Below are positions 1 through 14,281 of a DNA stretch of 64,000 nucleotides, one piece after another. The stretch comes from Chrysemys picta bellii (Eukaryota): the NCBI RefSeq assembly GCF_011386835.1, contig NC_088797.1, forward strand, positions 79,670,001-79,734,000, given 5' to 3'. The position numbers and the translations under genes are program-made. The notes under the pieces were generated by a model. It was given only the letters and a program-made list of their open reading frames with translations, searched no databases and was not told where the DNA came from. Position 1 is the stretch's first letter; every line of letters starts with the position of its first letter.

Positions 1-2404
1 TCCTTGGTCTAACTCCTTTATTTATGTTTACATGTGTTTCCTCTAACTAAAATTAGGATCAGAGAAAATAAATCATCATCCTAATGGTTACTGTCCCCAA
101 CTTCAAGGGCTTTTTATGTGTTCCAGTACCCGATTTCCCTTCCCATTGCCCAATGTCATGCCTTAATGGGATTTGTACTGCAGCTGGCCATTCATAAATT
201 GAACAGCTTTCAGGTTTTGCATCTCTATTTGTCCAATATAGAGGACCAGCAAATGTGCAAAAGCCATCATGGTGGAAATACAGGGGAGTCAAAGATGAGA
301 AAATACTGACCACTGCTCCTAATTTCAATCATTTACAGATTCTGACCCGCTCAAAGTGATACAAGTAACTGGGAAATGTCATCTTGAAAATCAACAGGCT
401 TTGTTATGGTTTTGTTGTTTATGCATATGCAGAATGTCTTTCATCATCATGCACAAAAAAGAGTTTGATATCTCTATGTACAAAAACTGTATTATATTTA
501 GATGTTTTCATTTGATTTCCAGGAAACAATGGAAAAATCACTGCAACATGAGCCGTGGTGGTATTTTAGGTAAGGAACTGGGTTCACATTGGTTTGATCA
601 GTAGTTTAATAGACTTACATATGAAACACAAAACAAAACAAACAAAAAACCCCAGCAATAAACCGTCCTCCCTTTTCAAAGTGTAATTTAAATTTGCAAT
701 TACATTGTAGGCACAAGTATTAACATCTGTGTGCTCATTATCTGATGTACAAGTGCACATCAGTTAATTAGCTACCCAAACAAGATTAGTTGTACCCACA
801 ATTTGTTTACAGACACAAAAATTTTGTAAGTGCAACAAATATGGGTACAAATTGCACCCACAAAAAATAGCCCAGCTGAAAAAATTAGCTATCGCAACTT
901 CAGCAGAGAAATTAAGAGAAAGTAACACTTGTGGCATAAAGATGAAATCTGACCTGTTTCTATTAAGTTTCTTTGACCACCCACAAAACCAAAAGCAATG
1001 TACTGATTATTCAACTATATGTTTAATACCTCCATCTATGGTTCTAAATTATTTTGAGCCTGATAGCTAGGTTCCCCAGTAGATGGTGCTATTTCCAGTA
1101 AATAATTGAGCACATTTCCATTCACAGCATTAGCAATGGTGAGATAATGATGGAAGATTTCTATCAATCCTGATTAGGTTAACAGCAAAAAGATAAATAG
1201 ACTGTATCTTTGAAAAGACAGTATATTATGGAGTTAGGCATATAATGTGACTTTTCAGTCTTTATTACACAGGTCAGAAGGAACAAGTGAATGGGGGAGG
1301 ACACACACTATCCAGTTACATGATTAACAGAAACATGAACAATTCCAGAGAGTATCTGTCTTTTGAGATGGTTGCAAAACTTCTTTGTAAAGATTATACT
1401 GACCTTCTGGAAGTGACAGATCACTTCACTGACACTAATTTCTTTATCATTTACTTTCTATTTTGATTAGAAATGGGCTCTAGTCTCAGAGTTCACACCT
1501 GGATCCAAACATCCTCCAAGGGTAGGGGTGTTGAGATTCAGGGGTTTGTTTCAGACAGATCTCTAATTCGGAGGTGTGTTTTTGTTATTAACCAGTAAAA
1601 TGTTAATATAAATGAAATCATCACTTTTCATACCACTTTATGGAAGAGCTTTTATATCACAGATGAGGGATCATTCAACTGTAACAAACCCAGTGTTAAC
1701 TTCTGAATGGAGAAGAATTAAGCTAGCATGAACAAAACAGCAACAACAAATCAAGGCTCTGGGGGAAATGTCTTCAGTATTTTTTCCCCCTCTATCTCAA
1801 AACTGAATGACTTGATTTTTAAATTAAATGTCATTTTTTCTGTGGCTTGGGATTTGAGGTGGCAAAATTTTCACTCCAAAGGAATAACACTGCATTCATT
1901 GTACGCTCTGTAATGCCATTCATATGTGTGTGACCCTCTAGTGGCTGAATCCCAGAAAGGGAAAGAGTACTGCAATCACTAACAACTAAGAAAGATTCTT
2001 CCTTGGTTCCAACTGTAGGAGCTTATGTTTTTCGAGCTAAGGAATTAGGGCTGTAGTCCCAAATCCTCATAGAGGGTTATAATTTATGCAGAAATTCTCT
2101 CTGTACCCTGCAACACATCAATTTGTAACATCATGCACTTTGAGAAGAATTTTTGTAAATACTATAAATGGTGCAATTTGGAGTATTATAGATGCATTTT
2201 GCACCCAATCTTACTTTTCTTCTACACCCAACACTCCAAATGAAGTCAGTGGGAACATGGGAAGGGCAAAGAATGCAGAATCAAGCTGCTGATCAATACA
2301 TTTTCTCTGGACTTCCTACCTAACTATTAAGAACAGAGAAGCACAATGCAAAAGAGAACAACAGAGCTTCTGCTGCTAAATGGTGAATCATTATATACCA
2401 CATA

Positions 2405-2638
2405 CCCTGTTTCCCCGAAAATAAGACATCCTCCGAAAATAAGGCCTACTTACAGTTTTGCCTCTCGTTGTAATATAAGGCATCCCCCCGAAAATAAGAC
2501 CTCCCCGATAATAAGACAAAAAATGTGTGCCGTATTCTTCTTCATTGAAAAATAAGACATCCCCTGAAAATAAGACCTAGCGCATCTTTGGGAGCAAAAA
2601 TTAATATAAGACACTGTCTTATTTTCGGGGAAACAGGG
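2405..2638. mobile_element. Tc1/mariner (Tigger-like) MITE
   Basis: TIRs CCCTGTTTCCCCGAAAATAAGAC / GTCTTATTTTCGGGGAAACAGGG, TA on both sides, internal AAAATAAG repeats. Confidence 0.88.
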
Positions 2639-2641
2639 TAA

Positions 2642-3216
2642 TAGGGTTACCATATCTCATAAATAAAAAAAGAGGACCCTCCACGGGCCCTGGCCCCGCC
2701 CATTTCCCCACCCCAACTCCGCCCCTTCCCCCACCCTAACTCCGCCCCCTCCTCCCTCCCACTCCCAGCCAGGGGGAAAGGGCTGCCCCAGTGCTACCGG
2801 CTTCAGGGTTTGCCGGGCAGCCCCCAGACCCTGCGCCCCCAGCCGGCGCTTCCCCAGCACAGCTGAAGCCCGGGAGGGGAAGCGCCCAGCCGGGGGCGCA
2901 GGGTCTGGAGGCTGCCCGGCAAACCGTGAAGCCGGTAGCGCTCGGGCTTTGGGCAGCCCCTATGCCTCCGGACCCTGTGCCCCCAGCCGGGCACTTCCCC
3001 TCCCGGGCTCCGGCGGCGCAGGGTCCGGAGGCACGGGGGCTGCCCGAAGCCGGTAGCTCGGGCAGCCTGGCTCTTAAACAGAGCCGAAGAGTCGGGGAGG
3101 AGCAGAGCCGCCATTTTCCCAGACATGTTCGGCTTTTTGGCAATTCCCCCCGGACGGGGGTTTGACTGCCGAAAAGCCGGACATGTCCGGGAAAAAGAGG
3201 ACGTATGGTAACCCTA
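2642..3216. mobile_element. Non-autonomous hAT element
   Basis: TIR TAGGGTTACCATA / TATGGTAACCCTA; TSD ccacataa (left copy split by the MITE). Confidence 0.9.
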
Positions 3217-5982
3217 CCACATAACATCTCAGGGAGCGGGAGGGAGTTCTTACACCGGGTGCTGCCTTCATTCAGTCCCAGTGCATTTCGTACACATGCT
3301 GTATAGTGCTGGGACTGCATTCATTATTTTGTCGTCTTCACTGAGTTTAAGTACCTTTATATTATGAAATATGTTACATTTTTGGATTCCAAACCTATTG
3401 GCACAGTATTTGCAGTGCCTTTGCCACAATGCCTCATAAATTCTGATACACTTATTTAAAAATAAACAGTCACAGAAATTATCTGCATAACACATGGCTC
3501 TTTGCTGCTGTTCATTTTCAAATACTTTTGCACCCTGTGCACTTTCAAAGCAGAAACTCATTTGGCTATTCCCCATCCCCAGTATCCAGGAAACCAGTCA
3601 AAATACGCATCTCCCTTACATCCAAACATCCAGGAAACCAACCACAACACTGTCACATTTTTCTCCTTAATTTCTGCTTTCTTTTTTACTCAAGTTCACC
3701 TACTCAATAAAGAAAAGCCTTTATTGAAGCAGAGGCTTCATACAGGTTACATTTGCTGCTGCTCTCTACAATCTGCTACTACAATCTCTACAATTATTGT
3801 ACAACCTGATACTAATGACTTTAAGATTTCACCTAACTACAACTGTGCCCAAACAGACTGTGATTTTCTATAAAAAAATTTAAGCCTAAAATACACAGAA
3901 TCATGGGATACTTTATGCATGTTCAGATATGAAAAGCTGTAGCAGCGAAATATCAGCAAAAGATATATAAAAGATTTGATCATATGAAAAGTATAGTTAA
4001 AAACCTTACTATGCCCCAGGAAATACTTGAAAATGATTTAAGAAGCTTCCTCCTACAGCAAAATTGAGATTGATTAATATTTGGATGTTAAACAGAAATC
4101 TCTATCACAATTAGAGACAATAGCATTAGCAATGCCTGAAAAGGTCCACAAAACTCATGCTTTTTGGTGTCATAAACATATTCAAAACTGAAAAGTATGA
4201 AAAGAAAATTTGTTGAAAGCCTTTCCTATCTCTATTGCCACGGAGCCATTCTGTGCTCTTCCCATAAATTCCTGAATGTAGGAAGTTTTAATTTATTTGT
4301 TTTAGATGCTTTTAAGAAAAGAATAACCTAGTCAAAGGATTTCATATCTACTCTTTAAGAGTGGACATGTGGATATATCATTGAAGTCTTACGGATATAT
4401 TTGGTGTCACACAGAATATAGTGTTATGAGGGTGGTTTGCCTGAGTAGAGAAAAATAATACTTAGTGTTCTTTTTCTAACAGAACATGCATTTGGAAATG
4501 ATTAAGGGGAAATAATTAAAAACAAAGTACAGCAGTACGTGATGACATACTGAACTACAGACATTTCATTTTTATGTAGATCTGGGTGAATAATTTGTAG
4601 TAAATAATTTAGTCATCAAATACAGTGTTTTTCTGTTAAAATTATCTGTCCATCAGTTTAAGATTTTCACTAACTTTTCACTTTTTCAGAATTTATTTGT
4701 TGAAGACTTCCAGTGAATAATTCTTGGTCTGTAGATTAGTTGTGAGTAGTTCCTTGAAAGTATTCAAGCCCTGAAAGCAGGGTGAGAAGCTGGGTAATGA
4801 TATCTTCCTGCAGAAACCAGGAAGTCCAGCCCACAGAGCAACCTCAGGTAACCCAGTGGCATACCTTTATGGGGCCAGGAGGAAATGGGTTACTAAGTTT
4901 AAAACCTAATGAATTTTGAGGTTTCAGGCCTTGTGGGTTCCAGCTGTGTAAATACCTGCACATATTGAAAGGACATTGCATAGATACACGGCTGGATTAA
5001 GGCACAGGCATAACAGGCAAATACCCAGAGCCCTGCTCTTGGTGTCACATGACAACTTAAGTATCTGAGCTTTCCTTTTTTAAAAAGTGTGTTTCTAGTC
5101 CTCATGATTGTAAGGAGCACCTGACATGGGTGATGTTTGCTTGAAGCTGCAAACATTTGAAACAAGTGTTCTGCGGGGTGTGAACTACCTCTTTTCTTTC
5201 AATGGGTCAACTCTGCTACCAGCTTCTCGAGAGCCCCACCACCACGCCAGCTGGGGACTCTGGGTGGGTGGGTCCTCATTGCCACCACCCCATCATGGCT
5301 CTGCTGGAGTTGTGTTAGCAGGGGGTCCTTCAAACAGAGTCTTCTACTGAATTAGGCACAGGCTGAGTCTTCTTTTCCTCAGGAATGACCACCGCCCACC
5401 TCCAGATAGCAAGTGAGCAATGTCTTGACAGAGCAGGAGGCCCAGTCTTCCTAAGGTGGTGTGGTGATGCTCAGAAGAGAGTCTGTGTGGGTGCCTCCTG
5501 CCAGTGCCATAACAAGTAAAGTTGAGGCCCTGGGCACAGGAGTAGGGCCACAGCCAGGGGCACTGCCAGGTACAGCCCCTATTTGAGGTGAGCCTATGCC
5601 CTGGATTGCCTTAATTTGACTTTTCCTAATAATGGGACTATTCCTCAGTGCAGTCACTATATTCTTCTGAAGTGTTGTGTTTTAGGTAAATATGTTATTT
5701 TATTTTTGAAGTCACAAGGAAGCATGTAAACCTGGAGTGACTTCAGAGAAAAGCTTATTGTTCTGCATTGTGAGGAACCGGGGGCTGGGTGGCTGGGAGT
5801 GAGGGGGTGGGAGTGAGTTAAGGCCAATGCTACGGAATTCCTCCCTACGCTCATTTCATTATTTTATTTTGTAATGCCATGTGTTCTCCAGAAGTCAAAT
5901 AGCAGAGATTACATTTTTATATTAGCCCTGCTTTCTGCCTGTTGATGTTAATCCAGTTAAAGCTTTGATGAAATATGTTTAC

Positions 5983-6137
5983 CTTCATCCATTCCATTGA
6001 GAATTTCATTTAAGTCTTCATGTTTGCTGTCATACTGGTGTTCCTTCCATGTTTCACCATTTTCACTGCGAAGGACAATCAGTTCTCTTTCTTTTCCTCT
6101 CATTGATCCAAAATGTGGGATTTCCACTATGACAGGG
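5983..6137 (-). CDS. ANK3: Ankyrin-3 ZU5-A exon ([51 protein letters not shown])
   Basis: 155 nt; TAG acceptor, GTAAAC donor, phase 2/1; [14 protein letters not shown] matches ANK3 rather than ANK2 (recalled FAALRGKERELVVL). Confidence 0.97.
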
Positions 6138-8504
6138 CTAGACAAAAAAGGAATCCATATTACTTTTTATCACATATGTTTTCCCCATTGATCTTGATTT
6201 TCCTGTGCATATTAAATCCTTACTAAAACGATGTTCATTTGACAATAATAAGTATCGTTATAGTAAAAATGATTTTAAAATTGCCAAAGCTGCAGAATCC
6301 TTTGCTACAAAACTGTAAAGTATTATTAATATATAGCTTATGAATCAGATCACATACCATTATGAACATAAGCAAGGGTTTCAAAACAGTTGTTTATATG
6401 ACAAAAATGGACAGAAACGAAGGTAAAAATGATTTTCTGTGTTTATTTATCCTGTCATATTGGTGGCATAACTTGGTCCTCAGATATGCACAGACAACTC
6501 CATGGACTTTAGTGGGAGATGGGTGGGCATATTTGACCGAGTGTTTAAAGGGACACAGTCAGGCTCAAACATAATTCTGCTGTCCTGGTATACACATACA
6601 CCTGCTGTTGACTAAGATTGAAGTTGTGTGTGTATATGGGCATTAAATCAAACAAATGACAAAACAACTTCATAGTCCTGTAAGTACTAAAATCTGAAAA
6701 TTTTAAAAATCCTATTTGTTTTTCACCAATTACTTAGTGTTCTTTGTTCACTCAGATTAGTAATCCTAGATGGGTTGTTTCTAGTCTGTTTCATTTTCTG
6801 GTTCTCATGTATTAGCCCAAATTTGCAATGTCGGTGCTGCAAACACAACAGGAGATTGCTTAAATTCTTTCAAAATGGCTTTCTTTGCGTTAAATAAAAT
6901 GAAAAATATATTGATATTAGCTACCATGAAACAACTTTTTAAAACACTACACCTATATTACCTGACAGTGTGCCTTACTTCAAGTGCGTAATTAAATGAT
7001 TACTGTGAATAATCAACAGAAACTGCTACTCATTTCATGTGCTATTCCTTAACAAGATAGACATGTTAGCTAAACATTTTATAGACAAGATAAGCATTTT
7101 AAAATATGTTAAAATAAACTGACTGCAATCATACAATAGGTGAACCACTATGGATTATGCAGCTTTAAGACATTTAAATAGACAGTATCGTTGTCTTCCT
7201 ACAGAGATTGTAAAGAGCCTCACCTTCTCATAATAACTCCATTAAAAGTAACATTAGAAGATGGGAAAAAATAATACTTGGCACTTAGCACTTTATATCT
7301 TCAAAGTGCTGTGCAAACATTAACAAATCAATTAATAATCTAACTATGGAAATCATAGATACAGCTGATATTAATAAAAATATGAAATAGTTTTAAGTCC
7401 ATCTCTTTACATTAAATACCAAAGGAGTAGGAATTAGACAATAGCAATTTTAATAAAAATAGGGAAAAAGGCAGATTATTTAATAAGTTCTTAGATACTT
7501 TTAAAAATATGCAAAGTCTGTTATTCTGATCTTATGCCTTTGATTGCTGATAGAAATGCAGAGGGTTTATCCCACCACCTACAGTAGATGAATGCCAAAA
7601 ATTCAATTACATTGTTTCTTAAGGTATTTATTTTCCTAAAATACTGTATACACAGGCTTCTCAAGTTAAAAACAACTAACAAACTTTTTAATACAATCTT
7701 TGCAGGTTAATATATCAGATACTGTCTCTGTAAATATTTAGGAACCACACAATTTTGTGCATGAAGTTTAACAAGAATACTCAGTGAGAAGGTATTAAAC
7801 AGGTATTCTAAGCAATATAGTCTAAGCAATATTTTAAAAATATAACACAATAAATTTCACAATAATGTTCTAATGCAAACAATGAGGATATTTTCCAACT
7901 TTTTTTAGAATAAACATTGCAACTTGTTTGGCTATTGTACTTGTTTTCCCAAAATGTACCAAAATTCATCTTTATTTTTTTCAACCTGATGCCTACTTCA
8001 GTTTTAAAAGGTTATCATTTCTCCAGCCTTATTAAATGAAATCATTTATTCAATTATATTTTTTTCTGTACATGCTCATATTTTACAAATAAGTACAACA
8101 TATGTATCCACATTTGACAGAGTTATTCCTGAAATAGACTGACTCAAACCCTGTAAATACCTTCTCTACCACAAGGTTGAAATTAAAGGGCTGTCATTGT
8201 GTATTAAAATGTATTTGATGCAGTTGAAACAGTTCAAATTTAAAAAAATTACAAAAGCACAACAAGTTATGAAAGCAAAATGCTTGCAGTGAATGTCACA
8301 TGCCTAAAGCACAAGATAGTTACAGTAGCAGAGCTATAATAAATCAAGCCACTATGATTTTCTTTCAGTGACATAAATCAACTGAAAGCTTTAGAAACTA
8401 GAAAAAAAAATGGGAATGACAAAAAATCGGAAACAAAAACAAAACAAAAGAAAGGAAAGGAAAAAAATTGTAGACATTCTGTATTTTTTCTATAAGCATC
8501 CTAC

Positions 8505-8603
8505 CCAATAAATTTTGTTCCTTGAGGCCCAAGCTGCAGGATTCGGCTAACCATGCTCTCACCCTCATTTAGAGGGGGAGGATTGGTAGGAAGATGCAGT
8601 TTA
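8505..8603 (-). CDS. ANK3: Ankyrin-3 99-nt ZU5 cassette exon (KLHLPTNPPPLNEGESMVSRILQLGPQGTKFI-G)
   Basis: ttattcag|TAAACTG...ATTGG|gtagga, phase 2/2, open frame; paralogous to the 3' part of the preceding exon; not in the ORF track. Confidence 0.9.
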
Positions 8604-9346
8604 CTGAATAACATCCATGCAGCAGGAAGAGAAACAAGAAGGGGAAATTAGGAACAAACTGTCATTCACGACAGAACCGGCAGTTTTCACCAGGGTGCCA
8701 CTTATGGTAATGAACAAAATTGATAATTAAAAAAAAAACCACATCATAGTGGATTGTTTCTCCTAATTTTAGCTTTGAAAAATGTCAGTTACTAGCATTT
8801 GTACTAAATAATGTTCTATATTAAGTTATCTGGAATCATGCACAGTGGTCCTTTCCCTACTGGATGTAGGTGTGCAACTCCCATTAGCGTTGGAGGGGGC
8901 TATGCACACACACTGAGAAGAGGATACTGTTCTACATTTGGAAAATGGTACATAATTATAGTGAACCTTCTTATGAAAATCATATTTACCTGGTATTCTA
9001 CTCATCACACAGAATGAAAGCTAAATTCTGACCTTGGATACATATACATGACTCTGACTGACTTCAGAGGGAGTTAGGCATGAGTAGTTGAGTGCAGAAT
9101 TTGGCCTTTTCATAGTTTTATTTAGTTTTTGCACAACCTGCAGTTTTTAAACAGGCAAAACTCCCTTTAAATCAGAGATCTTTTTCCTAAGTAAGAATGT
9201 CAGAATTGAGTCTGTATACAGTACAGAGGCCTATCTTAAATGTTCAAATTAAGTAATTTCTATATTTAATTACTTACATCCACAAAATGAAGGAAATGAA
9301 AGATGCAATATGGAATGTTAACAGTGGGATTCATAGAACAACTCAC

Positions 9347-9571
9347 CCTAAAAACTGTGCACCTGCAGGCCCCATTTCTACCAGTCTACTGGCTAATCCT
9401 TCTCCTTCAACCATTGGTGGTGGGGTGGCCAGTTTATGCCTCTTTACCAAACGGCAGGTGATGCGGGTGGGTGCTGTACATTTGCGTGGTGGAATAATAA
9501 TTCTCATTCCATGATGGCGACTACCCCTCATTGAGCCCCCACGTGCATCAACCATAAAACTAACCAGAAAA
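9347..9571 (-). CDS. ANK3: Ankyrin-3 ZU5-A exon ([75 protein letters not shown])
   Basis: 225 nt; CAG acceptor, GTGAGT donor, phase 2/2; carries the DARGG spectrin-binding motif. Confidence 0.98.
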
Positions 9572-12500
9572 CTGTAGAGAAAGGGAGAACATGTCATTAA
9601 AATGGTCAGAAATCAAACAAGGAAAACTTCATGTAAATCAGGAAGAGTCTAATAAAATAAACTATTACGATGAAAGCATCAGCTAACATGATAGTTAAGA
9701 AACAAACGCCCCCTATGCCATAACTGTTAGCAGGATTCTTTAAATTTATAATTAAATTTAAACAATAATCAACAAAACTCACACATTTCTAATGGTCTAG
9801 TAGCATAATGATGGAAGATTCAAGTACTACTGAATATTTAGGAAAAATAAATTAGGGTTAAATAGAGTATGTATACAGCTACTTAAATATTAGTGTATTA
9901 TTAGTGCATTAAAATGGTTCTTTATTACTAAATGTTCTGCTACACTCTATAATTCAAAGTGAGTCCCACATGCACAAGACAACCAGTCAGTACAGGGTAA
10001 GGACAACAGAAATCCATGTTTTTATATTTGGATGTCAGTCTTTCAAAAGCCTTTGGATAAACCAATTTAAAAACACACTTTGCCAGGTGAACACTGACAC
10101 TGTGGGAGTGATGAACAAGGTTATTAAATGGTTCTGGTGAATATGTATGAATCAGAACATCAAGCATACAATTTTCTATACATTTAGACCACTCTAAAAT
10201 CAATTATTCCACCACTCTTCATATTGACATGGATGTCTGTTGTAAACAGGTTAAGCTACAGGGAATATTGTGTTTTGTCTCTCTAAACCCTTGTTGCTTG
10301 TGTTTTTTCCCCCCAGGTTTCTGTAGCTTTGTAAATAATTAAAAGGAAATCAGTTATATATATCAAAAACTGCAATATAAAAAAAAATTAAAACTTTTTT
10401 AAAATGGGAGATATTAAAAGACAATTTATTTTAACATTAAACACAAACTCTAAATGTATTATTTATTCCATTTTATAAAATATTAAATTTATTAATCCTA
10501 AATCTCTAAATGCCCTTGACACAAATGACAAAAACACAAGAAGTAGACGCTAGTCCCAGAGCAGACAGAAGACCCTGACCTCCTACTAAGTTCCATAAGT
10601 AGGTTTTTCAAAGTCAGCTAAGCGATTTTGTTTTTATTATTGTTGTTCAGGACTCCAATTATTATTTTATTTAAAAAAAACCCACATCTGCATATTATAA
10701 ATATAATAATAATAATTATTGGCTATCCAAGTTCAATTGGAAATTAACAGAAATTGGGAGCCCAAATCCCTTCAGTGGCTCTGCAATACCATCCCACCTC
10801 TCCAAATATACTGCAATGCAATTTCTTGATTACAACTCTATCTTTAAACAGAACTTGCAGTAGTGGATCTATATCTCTGGTGCATGGTTTATAAACTAAC
10901 TCTTCATACAAATAACGTTTTGTTTGTTTCCTGGTGTGTGATGTGCAAACCCTGAAGTAGCTATTAATTTCATTTCATGATTCCAGCTTTCTCCATGCTG
11001 TTTCTAATACTTCCTGCACTTAAGGATTAAACCTTAAAATAATTAACAGATTAATCCATTCAGCTTTGTATTTCTGGCAATTCAGCTTTCTTCTAGTGAG
11101 AACAAGAGCTATAAATTTATTCCATAGAAGGACAAGAGCCTCTTGAAGCCATGGAGACAGTTGTTCACTGGGAAAGGTCACACAGAGCACTGGGAACTAC
11201 AGATGATAGCTTCTGTATAATACTGATATTTCCTTTTGATTACAGACAAAATATCAAAAGTAACAACTAAACTGTACAGCCCAATCCTGAAAATACTCCA
11301 TACTCAGAATTCTTAGTAATTTCAGTGGGAGAAGTCTCCACAAAATGGGTGAATGATCAGGCCCTTGTATTTCTTGATTTATAGAACGTAAGTTGACGGG
11401 CAAGGAAGAAGCAAATATGTGGAGTAGAAAAACGAAACTGTCATGTTGTGTTACAGGTAAATCAATCACCTTGTTTTCTTCATGCTGAAGAAAAAAGGAT
11501 TACATAGGATGGGAAGGTGATGAACTTTCCATAGGTTCACATTACCATTTTACTTATTGTTTCATGAGGTTTGAGGACTTTAATACAGAAGCAAAGTGTG
11601 GAATACTGATTCACCTTATTTTACATGCTTTTCATATAAGTAGATATAGGCTCAAACCTCCATATCAGATCAGAACCCCATAACTATGTGGGACTTGAGG
11701 TCTGGATCAGAACTTTGCAAGTGGGCTTATCCCTACCTACTGTAAAAGCAGTCAACGTTTGTTTGCATGGAATGGGAGATAAATATATCTGAGAGGGAAA
11801 AGTCTTCATAAAATAGTTGATCAAACATTTTCTATACGTTTTAGATCTGCATGTCAATAAAAGTACTTCAGAAGTTTAAAATATCTGATATGTAATTTGT
11901 GATAATCCTTAATATTGACAATTTAAATTCATTTACCACTTTTATAATGTTTTGGGTGAAAAACTCTCTTTATATCAAAATCTGCATACTTAAATGCACT
12001 AGAGTACGTTTCAGTGGATCCACCTATTAATCAGTTCCTATTTGTGATTCCAATATATAATTATAACAAACATGTTTTATCTTTAGATCCTATATTTTCT
12101 CTCTACAATATTTCTTTATCTATTTTTTTCTTTACCTACTATTTTTGACAGTATCAACTAACTAATGAAAAATTACAATGAAATTAGACTTTTGGGTCAG
12201 TGAGTTAACTATTCATCTATTGGCTTTAAACTTATTTGACTTTGTGAGGTTGAAGTCAATAGCAGAATACTATGTATGCTAACATCAGGCTCTAACCAAC
12301 AAGCTCTGAAGGTGCTAGAAGCTTTGCTTATTACCTGCCTTTGGTCATAGAACACTTATATTTTCCAACTGTGATTTATCATAAATATCCCATGTCCTGC
12401 CCTACATGTTTATGTTGCTCTTACTTCTTAAGATTGCTCTATCTGGTAGATGGCCAACACTACTGATATCAGTAAGATTTCACAGAGCACACTCAAGGAA

Positions 12501-14281
12501 ATGTCCATGGCATAATCTTCAAATCTAATGGGCAGTAAGCCAGCTGCTGACAAACTGTGAAAAGATTTCAGGGAGTTTTGCCATTAAGATTTACAAAACA
12601 AAGTAAAATATTAAGCAAGGGCACACAGACCTTGGTCACAGAGAGGGAAATATTAAGTGGACTCTTTTACGGTTTTGCTTTGTTTGCCTTTTTTAGGTTT
12701 CCCTGATTTTTGCCACCTAAAAATATGGGGCTAATTCAGATTAAATATGTGTACATAGGAAAAAGAGGCAGCCAAGTGGAACACAACCGTTGTCGCTGTT
12801 CACCCATAACCTGAGAGAGGTACACTTTGTGAATATTCCACTGAGGGAGCTGCTGAAGGGCATACTGCAACAGGGCTGGAGTTTCAAGGGGATTTGCCTG
12901 TGAGTTTTGGCAAGGGTGGTCCCTGGCCTGGTTGCTTCATATCTCATACAGGTTATTCCTGCCCTAGTATGTTGTTCCACAGATAGGAAAACTGTCCATC
13001 ATGTATGCAGATACTTGCATATTTTAGCCCAATTCTTAATTAATATAATAAAAGATATTAATGTAATCAAACAATCACATATAAAAGGCAATGTTATTCA
13101 CCTGGTTAATATGCTATACTTGAACAGTGCCTTAGTGACAAACCCAAGCAGGATCAGAAAGAGCACAAGCTACAAGCAGTTACCAAAATACTAAGCCTAA
13201 ACAGTCCAATCTTTACACATTGCCGGCTATATGAAAAATGTATTTATTGCCAATAACATTTTACTCATTTAATGTTCAGAGTGGTGATTTTTTCTTTTAA
13301 AAACATAATTCTTGTGAATAATATTTTCAAATAATACTTCATGCACTGTTTCTATCGAAAGGATTAGTAGCTGATGTTTACCTAATTTAAGGCCTGTCTA
13401 ATAAGGTCAGCTAAAGTATGATCTCTAAAATACAAAGCTAAAAGCTAAAGAGTGAATATTTCTACTTTAAAATAAACAAAAGACGGAGGATATAAGAGGA
13501 TGCACTACAAAAACATCTACACACACTTCAACTGTGGACAGAGAGTTGACATAAATAAAACTAAATGAGGATTCACAGAAAGGACATAGTTATCACCTTG
13601 AATCATACTGGGGAAGTGGAGAGGAATAGCTGCAAAATAATTTAGAAAGCAAATGGGAAAAATTAATATAAGATAATTAGAAGCAAGCAACAGAAAATGT
13701 CAATAATTAGCCAAAGAAAAGTAACCATCAGAAAAATAATGAAAGCAATGCATTTGAGGGCCAACTTTAAAAATGATTTGGCTTCCATTTTATATATATC
13801 ATGTTTTGTAATACACAATATGCTGTACACTAAAAAAAATATTTCCTAAATGTAGCATTAATTTAAGGGTCATGTCTCCTCTCAGTATTGGCGTATAACT
13901 TCCATTAGCATTTCTGGGAGTTGCATGAGTGCTTGGAGAACTGAAAAGACTACATACGCTTTTGTGCCTATCATAGATCAACACAGAATTCAATGATACA
14001 TGGTTTCTTTGAATTTATGTCATACCCACAAGCATGCTTCACTGTGTATCTTGGAAAAATCAACCATTGTGCTTGCATACAGCAGTTTATTTTCCAAAGT
14101 ACAGTATATGAAGATTTATATAGCTAAGCATTTGAAAAAGATGCAACTCCCATAAGCCATTCATTAAATTTCTAAAGTTTATAGATACGGGAATGCACTG
14201 TGCTTAATCTAACGTATGGTATAGTTACAGCCTAGGATCCAGGTCTTCTGTGTTTCTTATTAAAATAATGTCAATGTTGGT

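Noticed and set aside
1-5982. Downstream ANK3 exon (ELDSPEEL...ZU5-B)
   Set aside because: No matching codons seen; probably beyond the window.
9442-9447. Internal GTAAAG donor in the 225-nt exon as a way to swap in the 99-nt duplicate exon
   Set aside because: The donor is phase 0 while the cassette needs phase 2, so a swap would frameshift.
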